Of a stretch of 26,694 nt of DNA, positions 1-8,070 are shown one piece after another. The stretch covers positions 1 through 26,694 of the forward strand of contig JAYQJW010000005.1 in the NCBI GenBank assembly GCA_038142325.1. The letters are read 5' to 3'. Source of the stretch: Gammaproteobacteria bacterium. Lineage in GTDB: Bacteria; Pseudomonadota; Gammaproteobacteria; GCA-002705445; GCA-002716945. A model generated the notes under the pieces. The model was not told the origin of the DNA and ran no database searches. It was given only the letters and a program-made list of their open reading frames with translations. Each line of letters starts with the position of its first letter. Within the stretch, counting starts at the first letter, position 1. Both the position numbers and the translations under genes were made by a program.

Positions 1-26
1 TTGCTTATCTTTGTGAGTTTCATTAT
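1..26 (+). repeat. 26-bp terminal direct repeat (circular assembly overlap) with 26669-26694
   Basis: TTGCTTATCTTTGTGAGTTTCATTAT is identical at both ends. Confidence 0.97.
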
Positions 27-1200
27 ACCATCTACCATTTACAACTACACCATTTATTTTCTCACCCCAATATACATTTAGTTCTCCTTGCTTTGTTTTA
101 ATAATGTAATCACCGAACTCTTGTAAAAATCTATCCGCCAGACATTTTACACTCAATAAATCCTCCCATTCTTCTAATGATAGAACTTCTTGATGCTCTG
201 GTATTTCAATACCTTCATCAAAGGGTTTCTTGATCCACCCTACATCAATATTATACTTATCTTTAATAAGGATATTGAGTTCCTCACAAATAGTTTCATA
301 ATCAGTTTCTTTTAATATCATAAACCCATCTTGACAAGGGACAATATCTTCTATTCTGGTTATATCTTTATTGATAAGGTAAGTGATACATTCTTCTTGA
401 ATAATCTTCTCTATGGATTGCGACCATAGACCCATAACTCCTCTTTTTGCTTCGCCCTCGTTTTTCCATTTATGCTTATCTTGTTTCAATACATCTTTTT
501 TAATCTGTGGATTAGCATTATACACAATCTCAATAATCGTTTTCATAAAATCCTCTATTTCTACAAAATCCTTAATTCTATTGTTTTCATTCATAGTAAT
601 ATCTGCCTCCTTAATCCAAGTGCTATATGATCCACCAAACATAAGGATAATTGGTAATTGCTTTGCTGTATCCTTATTACAATTATGATGGTTCATAATA
701 AACTCCCTGTATTTTTTAGGATTTTTCACATATTTAGAAAGATATGTATTATTAAGGTTATGATGCTTACAGATTTCATTAATGATAGTTGGTTGTGCGT
801 TAATCATATCCAGATCCACATAACTACCCTCACAAAAAGTATGTCTGGTTGGTCTGTGAAATATACTTGTTGAAAGATAGTTGTGTGGTTGAGTTCTACC
901 CCATTTATGCTTTGCTAATTTATGTGCTACTTGGAAACGATTTAATTTACGATTATACAATTCCTTAAACTTTATCATCTGTTCTAATTCCGTCTTGTAG
1001 GTTTTACATACACCACCTTCATATCTGGGAACTGATTGGTATGATATACCCATCTCCGCTTTTATAAAACCATAGAGTTTCGCCACATCTATAAGTTCTA
1101 CACATTTCTTCTTCTCAAAGATAGTTGTTCTTACGATAGAAGAGTTTAAAGTCCATTCAAACTTGAAAGGTTGGTTTTCTGTTTCTGGATTTTCCGCCAT
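1..1200 (-). CDS. 5' part of TVpol (family A-derived primase-polymerase)-SF3 helicase fusion; continues at 26668
   Basis: Manual translation from ATG 1200 gives 400 codons with no stop (MAENPETENQ...). Motifs: KWGR, YVDLDMINAQPTI (motif A), AKQLPIILMFGG (motif B), SQSIE, PCQDGFMI (motif C). In frame with 25475..26602 across the junction. Missing from the ORF track. Confidence 0.88.
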   Translation of the reverse strand, partial: MAENPETENQPFKFEWTLNSSIVRTTIFEKKKCVELIDVAKLYGFIKAEMGISYQSVPRYEGGVCKTYKTELEQMIKFKELYNRKLNRFQVAHKLAKHKWGRTQPHNYLSTSIFHRPTRHTFCEGSYVDLDMINAQPTIINEICKHHNLNNTYLSKYVKNPKKYREFIMNHHNCNKDTAKQLPIILMFGGSYSTWIKEADITMNENNRIKDFVEIEDFMKTIIEIVYNANPQIKKDVLKQDKHKWKNEGEAKRGVMGLWSQSIEKIIQEECITYLINKDITRIEDIVPCQDGFMILKETDYETICEELNILIKDKYNIDVGWIKKPFDEGIEIPEHQEVLSLEEWEDLLSVKCLADRFLQEFGDYIIKTKQGELNVYWGEKINGVVVNGRWYNETHKDKQ

Positions 1201-1227
1201 TATAATATAGTAGTATATAATAATATT

Positions 1228-1244
1228 TCTTTATATTGTTTTTT
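1228..1244 (-). promoter_or_regulatory. Putative early promoter motif AAAAAACAATATAAAGA
   Basis: Near-identical copies lie 24-30 nt upstream of six ATGs: 1228, 1600, 2560, 3647, 4056 (minus strand) and 4103 (plus strand). Confidence 0.7.
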
Positions 1245-1308
1245 AATATAAAACTTAAAAATGATTTATATTAAAATATCCAAATATTCCTAAATGTTTT
1301 ATATAAAG

Positions 1309-1572
1309 TTAATGTATTTCTATATATTTTTGTAGAATATCTTGTATAAACTCTGGTTTCTCTTCCTTCAACTTATTCAAATTATCAAAGCATTTTGCTA
1401 CTAATGGTAAGTATATATCATACCTTTTCATATCATCACTATTTAGACCAAACTTGTTCTTATAATAATATGCTTTATTCTTTGCTTTTATTTTATCGCC
1501 ATTTTCAGCATAGTCCTTTCGTTTCCATTCTCTAATATAGGTTCTGCTTTTGGGTTCGTTTTCGTTCTCCAT
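1309..1572 (-). CDS. Small basic hypothetical protein, possibly DNA-binding
   Basis: 87 aa; K/R/Y-rich helix YIREWKRKDY...KNKAYYYKNK; promoter motif upstream. Confidence 0.75.
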   Translation of the reverse strand: MENENEPKSRTYIREWKRKDYAENGDKIKAKNKAYYYKNKFGLNSDDMKRYDIYLPLVAKCFDNLNKLKEEKPEFIQDILQKYIEIH

Positions 1573-1638
1573 TATAATATAAATAGATATATTAATATTT
1601 CTTTATATTATTTTTTATTATATATTTATATGAATTAT

Positions 1639-2535
1639 TCAATTACTATTATCTACACCAAATAGCATCTCATCATTCTCCACCACATAATTACACCCTA
1701 ATAGGTGTCCTAATCCGTCTGCTATTATTGATTGATCCACTAATGCGTTAATATCAACCATATCATATAACATATCATCTTCATTCTCAATCATATCATT
1801 AATATCTTCATCTCTTAATATGTGTGTGCTTTCATTAATATACACATCTCCACTTTCCTCATAATCGGTTCTACAACAAGGACACTTCACATTATTACTA
1901 TTACAGATTGTTTTAAAACAACCCAAGCAAATTGGGTGTCCGCAGAATGTATTTCTCTTTACACAGATGGTTTTGGTTCTTCTCAATATCTTCTTTGTAG
2001 GGTGATTTCCAATAAGTTCCTGACGCTCTGTAATCCCAAACTTCTCCATACATACAGGGCAATCATCAGTATCATATAAAGGTATATCTTCATCGCATTC
2101 CAAATCTGGTTCAGGATATTCAACTTCTTTTGTGTGATAAAATCTACTTTCATCTTTCACAAACCCTAAAATGTATATAGGGTTATAAGAGAATAATTTA
2201 CTCTCATCAACAATTTCATAAATCAAGTATTTTTTAAGGTGATCCTTCCTCTCACATACAAAATAGTAATATCTATCAAATATGAAGAGTTCGTAATTGT
2301 ATCTGGTTTCCAAATCGTCCGCATAGGAAATAGTAATCTTATTCAAGTCAAACTCTCCTTTATCTGGAAAGATAGTATGATAGTTCGCACAAAGATTATC
2401 AACGAAGTAGTTATGGATTTCAGGTTCTCCTAATACAACAAAATCAGGGTCATCATTCTTCGCACCATAAAGGCGGTATTTAAGTGTTGAGTTGAGTTCA
2501 GTAAGTAGCGTAGCAGTTTCAACCATAGTAGTCAT
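1639..2535 (-). CDS. RING-finger (C3HC4) protein, putative E3 ubiquitin ligase
   Basis: CPVC...CGHPICLGC...CPCCR with a long first loop; acidic tail. Confidence 0.8.
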   Translation of the reverse strand: MTTMVETATLLTELNSTLKYRLYGAKNDDPDFVVLGEPEIHNYFVDNLCANYHTIFPDKGEFDLNKITISYADDLETRYNYELFIFDRYYYFVCERKDHLKKYLIYEIVDESKLFSYNPIYILGFVKDESRFYHTKEVEYPEPDLECDEDIPLYDTDDCPVCMEKFGITERQELIGNHPTKKILRRTKTICVKRNTFCGHPICLGCFKTICNSNNVKCPCCRTDYEESGDVYINESTHILRDEDINDMIENEDDMLYDMVDINALVDQSIIADGLGHLLGCNYVVENDEMLFGVDNSN

Positions 2536-2612
2536 ATTATAATAGTATATAACCCTATCTCTTTATATTGTTTTTTCTTATAAATATATAATAATAATTC
2601 ATATAAAAGACC

Positions 2613-2763
2613 AAAAAGGTAGGAAAGTAGCAAACTGGGGCAGTAAATACACAATTTTCTTATTTCATTTTTTAAAAAAAAAAAGAGAACGCATCTTTTT
2701 TATATTTTTGATTTATAAAATCTTTGAAACTACCGCACAGGTTTGCTACTTTTCTACCTTTTT
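2613..2763. repeat. Palindromic element copy A (33-bp imperfect inverted arms, AT-rich core)
   Basis: 2613-2645 matches the reverse complement of 2731-2763 at 28/33 positions; arms contain tandem GTAGNAAA units. Confidence 0.9.
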
Positions 2764-2819
2764 CTACCCTTTATAATAAATATCCTTATAAAGATACTTA
2801 TTATAATATAATGATCCAC

Positions 2820-3617
2820 CTACCATACATAAGTAGGGGTGTTGTTGAATGTATTAGCATATGTATTTATGTGGTCGTTTAATCTTTTTTGTTGCTTTTT
2901 GAAGTTTTCTTTAATTTGCTTATCCATAGTTCCTGAATAATTACAACAAGTTTGGAATACATAATCCGCCCTATCAAGGAACTTTTTATAACATATCTTC
3001 ATTTTTATATCTTTCATATATCCTGCCTTAATTTTGATTGATTTTAGGTTCAATATATCATTAATCATATCCAAAGCATCTTTTTTACATAATCCAAAAA
3101 ACTTTTTCATAAAATACTCTTTGTCCCATCTACCCCATCTTTCTCTGGGATTAATGGGTTCTAAATTAGGAAGCACACTATAATAGAAGAAACATTTAAT
3201 ATATTGCTCCTTCATAGTTGCTACTTTACCCCACAGACATTTCTTCGCCAGTTCCTTACCAATTATGATGTCTGCTCTATAATTAAGGAACTTATTGATA
3301 TACCATACCATATCATAAGGTAATTTGGAAACCATTTCTATTTGAAAGTTCTGGGATCTATCAACCTGAAATGTAAGTGATGATTTATATTTATCACAGG
3401 TGATTACAAGTGAGTTCGCCCATCTCCTCAATTCATCAATATCCTTAATTAATAACTCGTTCCTTGCTGTATTTACAACGCTCATATTGAGTTGGTTGTT
3501 TGCTTGGATCATCATATTAATATGCTTTGGAATGTTCGCCACATTCGGTTTGGATTTACCCAATCTGTTCTCTACAACAGCGTCGCTCTCGGTAGTGTAA
3601 TAATAACCTTTACCCAT
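2820..3617 (-). CDS. Hypothetical protein with possible F-box-like motif
   Basis: 265 aa ORF with promoter motif; SKLPYDMVWYINKFL weakly resembles an F-box core. Confidence 0.7.
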   Translation of the reverse strand: MGKGYYYTTESDAVVENRLGKSKPNVANIPKHINMMIQANNQLNMSVVNTARNELLIKDIDELRRWANSLVITCDKYKSSLTFQVDRSQNFQIEMVSKLPYDMVWYINKFLNYRADIIIGKELAKKCLWGKVATMKEQYIKCFFYYSVLPNLEPINPRERWGRWDKEYFMKKFFGLCKKDALDMINDILNLKSIKIKAGYMKDIKMKICYKKFLDRADYVFQTCCNYSGTMDKQIKENFKKQQKRLNDHINTYANTFNNTPTYVW

Positions 3618-3770
3618 CTGCTTCTATATACTACTATAACAGCGTATCTTTATATTGTTTTTTCTTATAAATATATAAGAATAAATCATATAAAAGACCA
3701 AATCCAGTATAATAGAATAAGAAAAAATATGATATAATACCCATTACAGGCATTATATCATAAGATACTT

Positions 3771-4031
3771 TTACATACATTTCCACAACTCACCATACTC
3801 TTTTCTTAAACGAATAGGATAAGTCCAAGTATTCTTATAAGGTTTGATCCCCATAGCGTCCATAATCTCCCTGAACTCTTTTCTATCCATATACCCTTCT
3901 GGTCTATGGTGTTCTAAAATATGCTTACCTCTGTAATCATAAATGTTCGCCATCTCTGGTTTTCTACCATTATAACGAGGGGCAGGTTGAAAGAACTTCT
4001 CACACAAAGCAATATCGGTCTGTAATACCAT
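3771..4031 (-). CDS. Hypothetical protein
   Basis: 86 aa; promoter variant AAAAACCATTTAAAGA upstream; hairpin ATGATATAAT..ATTATATCAT downstream. Confidence 0.7.
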   Translation of the reverse strand: MVLQTDIALCEKFFQPAPRYNGRKPEMANIYDYRGKHILEHHRPEGYMDRKEFREIMDAMGIKPYKNTWTYPIRLRKEYGELWKCM

Positions 4032-4149
4032 TTTATAAATATCTATATCAACTCCTCTTTAAATGGTTTTTATACGAATTATTAATATAAATGATTTATA
4101 CGAAAAAACAATATAAAGGGACACTTCTATATATAATTATAATAGCAAG

Positions 4150-4536
4150 ATGAGTGGTAGGACGATTTCTATGACTATGACCGAGAAGCGAATGTTAGAG
4201 CAGAAGGCGAAAAGTGGTTGGCGTTGTTTCTTCATTATGAGGGACAATTATGATGACCTATGTGGTTATGTAGCACAACTACAAAATAGAAACAGAGCAA
4301 CCAGAGAGCAACTGCGAAATGGTGATGATGTGGATATTGATTTTTTGAAACAGCAGTTTATAGAAATGTATGATAAACTGAAAGAATATACAGAATGTCC
4401 TGTATGTATGGAAACCCTTACCAAAGATAATATTGAAGTCCCCAAATGCGGTCATACAATCTGTAAAACCTGTATTGAAAGGATTAAACAAGATCCAGAA
4501 CCGAAATGTCCCAATTGTAGAAAGAAATATTATTAA
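4150..4536 (+). CDS. Coiled-coil plus C-terminal RING-finger (C3HC4) protein
   Basis: CPVCMETL...CGHTICKTC...CPNCR. Confidence 0.88.
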   Translation: MSGRTISMTMTEKRMLEQKAKSGWRCFFIMRDNYDDLCGYVAQLQNRNRATREQLRNGDDVDIDFLKQQFIEMYDKLKEYTECPVCMETLTKDNIEVPKCGHTICKTCIERIKQDPEPKCPNCRKKYY

Positions 4537-4628
4537 ATGAAAAAACCATATAAAGACATACCACTATAATTTTTTGTAAAGGCATTTTATAAAGTATTTT
4601 TTTATATTTTATAAAATACTGATTTGAC

Positions 4629-5354
4629 CTAATATGAATGAATATTCAATATTTCTAATAATCCTTTTCTAAACCGCTTTGTTGCGTCTTCTTCCATATC
4701 AATTACTAATGGTGAGAACTTTTCGGCAGTAGCATACTTGTATAGTTCCAATAACTCTTCTTTTGTGATCCCCAAACCAAACTCACTTAAAATTAAATTG
4801 ACTTCTCTGTTTCCAGACAATTTCAGTAAAACCATATAACTACAATTATTTCTTATGATTTTTGGTATTTTAAAAAATGATTGACTAATGAATATAACTG
4901 ATACATTCAATTTTCTTGCTCTTATATAATAATTCTCAACCATACTTAAATCCTTTGCTAAAACTAAATCGTCCCATACTACCAAGTGGTTCAATTCTTT
5001 ATCAAACTTATCCAGAGGTGGAGTATTACTTAACCCTTCTTTAATAACAATCTGGTCGCTCTTTTGTGAGATCCACCGATACAAAGGTTCATCTTTATTA
5101 CGAGTTATGATTGTAATACTCTGGAATGTGCCTTTATTAGCACTAAATATGGAGATGAGATTTACGAGAAAGTTTGTCTTTCCTGATCCAGATGGAGCAA
5201 CTATACACATACGAAAAGGTAATTTTAACTGATGTAGATGGAAGTTGGGATTATCCACCTTATCCAGTAATTCCTTTGGTATTTTTTCATATAGGTTTTT
5301 AATTGTTCCATCTGGTTCATCTTCCTTCACAACCTTTTTCTTTTTAGGAGGCAT
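4629..5354 (-). CDS. A32-like (FtsK/HerA) DNA packaging ATPase
   Basis: Walker A APSGSGKT, Walker B LVVWDD, arginine finger region RARKLNVS, and ISQSFFKIPKIIRNN. Confidence 0.95.
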   Translation of the reverse strand: MPPKKKKVVKEDEPDGTIKNLYEKIPKELLDKVDNPNFHLHQLKLPFRMCIVAPSGSGKTNFLVNLISIFSANKGTFQSITIITRNKDEPLYRWISQKSDQIVIKEGLSNTPPLDKFDKELNHLVVWDDLVLAKDLSMVENYYIRARKLNVSVIFISQSFFKIPKIIRNNCSYMVLLKLSGNREVNLILSEFGLGITKEELLELYKYATAEKFSPLVIDMEEDATKRFRKGLLEILNIHSY

Positions 5355-5421
5355 CTATATATAATTAAGAAGAAAATATATTTTTGGAAATAATTTTAAT
5401 CTATACTTAATATATAGTAAA

Positions 5422-6564
5422 ATGAGTGCTTATCCACCACCAAAGGAGAATGTCCCTATTTACAATCCCAAAGATTTTGAGTTTGAAAATATACCATTAA
5501 CATTAGCAGATGCGAAGGATTATTATTTGGAATATCCAACAGCACAAGGCAAAGAAACCTTACAGGAAACAATAATAAATGGTGCTTTAACTTGTAATGA
5601 TGTTGCTACGATTAATGATAGTTTAGACATATCACAACCAACAAATACTTTAAATGCCCTAAATATAGAGCAAGATGAACCAGGATATACTATCAGGGCA
5701 ACCCAAAAAACAGGATCAGGTGGAACATTATTAGTATCTGCCTCATCATCAACAGGTAAAAGTAATGTAATAACCCAACAAGGAGATACTGAAATAGCAG
5801 GAAACACATTAACATTAGTCCCAATAACTCAACAAAACGGACAAGGTATAAGATTACGCTATATATCAAATGATATGTATGGTATTACCAGCATAAAAAA
5901 TAGTGGATCATCACAAGGTATATTAATATTTCCTGATAATTCACAACAAACTACGGCATATAAAGAACAAGTATATAATTTTCCTATGAATTGGAATAAT
6001 GGAAACTGGTATAGATTAGGAAGTCCAGTCCCTTTAAATGTAGGTTTTACATCTGCTTTTATAAATATACCATCATTAGCAGTAAGCGACCCATTATACC
6101 AATACGCAGGGTTCAGTATTACATTAGAAATAACATATAACCTGACTGGTTATGTAAATACAAGCACTAATTTAAATACTGCTAATGTTTATACAGGGTA
6201 TAATTTAGCAAGGTTTAGTATGAGTAGAGCAAATGGAGTAGTAGATATTCAAGATATACTTATGGTTGGTAATATGAGAACCCAACAAACAATAACAGCA
6301 AACGGACAATCTAATTCTAATTTTAAACCTTATTATATAGATTATGCCTCACAAACAAATAAAAATGGATTAGAAATATTCTTTTGGGACGGAACGCTTC
6401 CAGCAGGAGGTAGTCCAGCAGTTAATCCTTCTATTACGAGTTATGTGAGAAGTGTTAGAATTGTAAATACAACACCTACAACATTAACATCTAATCCTAT
6501 GACGAGAACTGAACCAAATAATAAAACAACAACGCCTTTTATTGCTTACTTTAATCCACAATAA
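5422..6564 (+). CDS. Fibre/spike-like virion protein 1
   Basis: T/N/S/G-rich; N-terminus MSAYPPPKENVPIYNP shared with the next two ORFs. Confidence 0.7.
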   Translation: MSAYPPPKENVPIYNPKDFEFENIPLTLADAKDYYLEYPTAQGKETLQETIINGALTCNDVATINDSLDISQPTNTLNALNIEQDEPGYTIRATQKTGSGGTLLVSASSSTGKSNVITQQGDTEIAGNTLTLVPITQQNGQGIRLRYISNDMYGITSIKNSGSSQGILIFPDNSQQTTAYKEQVYNFPMNWNNGNWYRLGSPVPLNVGFTSAFINIPSLAVSDPLYQYAGFSITLEITYNLTGYVNTSTNLNTANVYTGYNLARFSMSRANGVVDIQDILMVGNMRTQQTITANGQSNSNFKPYYIDYASQTNKNGLEIFFWDGTLPAGGSPAVNPSITSYVRSVRIVNTTPTTLTSNPMTRTEPNNKTTTPFIAYFNPQ

Positions 6565-6622
6565 TATAATGATTTAGTAATATTTAATTGGAAAAAAATA
6601 AAATCTTTATTAATTATATATA

Positions 6623-7990
6623 ATGAGTGCTTATCCACCGCCTAATGAGAACTTACCAATTTTTAATCCATTAGATTTTCAACGACCTAATATTCCTCTT
6701 ACTATCAACGATGCGAAGGATTATTTTTTAGAATATCCAACAGCACAAGGACAGGAAACATTAAGCAGTATAATAGTAAATGGATCATCAACTTTTAATG
6801 ATGTAGCAGATGTAAATGATACACTAACAATTAATCAACCAACATCATCTCTAAATGCCGTTCAAATAGTAAGTGATAATCCAGGTTATAGTTTAACCGC
6901 CACTTCAAGAACCAATCCAGGAACAGCAGGATTATTAACCATAACAGGTTCATCGTCAGTAGATAAAGAAAACCCAATAGTAGCGGATACGGATAGTGTT
7001 ATATCCACATCTATAAACGGACAAGATGATACAGGAAACTTATGTTTAACTGGTAAATCATCTACAAATGGAAATGGAATTAGAATATTAGCAGGAAGCG
7101 GTGTTTATAATTACGGACCATTTAAATTATTACAAGGAGCAGGTAATCAAAATGCCGAAATTGTTTTTAGTGATTTAACTACACAAACAACAGCATTTAA
7201 TAGCAGTTTATATGCCCCAATTAATTCACCAGTTTTTACAGGTGTTCCAGAAGCACCCACACCAACACAAGGAGATAATAGCACAAAATTAGCAACAACG
7301 AATTATGTAGATACAGCAGTAGGAGGTGGTGGTTCAGTTCATTATACTTATACTGAATTATTTACTAATGGATCATCAGGAACAAGTGTAAGTATAACTA
7401 TACCTGCTAATTGTATTAGATGTGATGTAATGACTTTTGGTAGGGGAGGTTCAGCAGGGCAAACGAATGCTTATGGTTCTTATGCGGTGAATGGAGGTAG
7501 TGGAGGTGGTGCTTCTATGGTATGTGCTTATGGAGTTCCTATCAATTCACTCTCTACATTAGACCTATATTGGACTGCTGGGACTACGAGTTCAGGAATA
7601 GCATATGTAATGTTAAATAGTGCTTTACCATTAGGTTCTGCTTATAATGGTGGAGATGGTGGAGCAGGACAAAGTAGCGGAACAGGAGCAAAAGGAATAG
7701 GTGCTACGGCAGTAGCAACTCAACCAAAGTTCCCCAATAGTTCTTTTGACGGAACAGACGGACAAGATGGTGGATCATCAGGATTTCCTAATAGTAATGT
7801 CCCACACGGCGGTAATCAACCTGTTAATGTAGGAAAGCAGGAAATTATTGGTGGATCACAGGGCGGACCAGGCATAGGACAGAAATATTCTGCTTTTAAT
7901 GACCCTTCTGTATCACCATCATTTTATTATAATGCTTCACCACATTTAAACGCTGGTAGTTGTCTTATAACTTGGTATATTAAACAATAG
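6623..7990 (+). CDS. Fibre/spike-like virion protein 2 with phage tail-fibre repeat and Gly-rich domain
   Basis: Paralogous N-terminus; YAPINSPVFTGVPEAPTPTQGDNSTKLATTNYV matches a tailed-phage fibre motif; Gly-rich C-terminus. Confidence 0.78.
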   Translation: MSAYPPPNENLPIFNPLDFQRPNIPLTINDAKDYFLEYPTAQGQETLSSIIVNGSSTFNDVADVNDTLTINQPTSSLNAVQIVSDNPGYSLTATSRTNPGTAGLLTITGSSSVDKENPIVADTDSVISTSINGQDDTGNLCLTGKSSTNGNGIRILAGSGVYNYGPFKLLQGAGNQNAEIVFSDLTTQTTAFNSSLYAPINSPVFTGVPEAPTPTQGDNSTKLATTNYVDTAVGGGGSVHYTYTELFTNGSSGTSVSITIPANCIRCDVMTFGRGGSAGQTNAYGSYAVNGGSGGGASMVCAYGVPINSLSTLDLYWTAGTTSSGIAYVMLNSALPLGSAYNGGDGGAGQSSGTGAKGIGATAVATQPKFPNSSFDGTDGQDGGSSGFPNSNVPHGGNQPVNVGKQEIIGGSQGGPGIGQKYSAFNDPSVSPSFYYNASPHLNAGSCLITWYIKQ

Positions 7991-8070
7991 ACCATTTAGA
8001 AGAATATTAAGGATTGATTGCTTAATTTTTATTAATATAATAAATTATTATCTTATTATATTATATATAG

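Noticed and set aside
413-873. Plus-strand ORFs 413..688 and 658..873
   Set aside because: Antisense shadows of the TVpol gene with no motifs or promoter.
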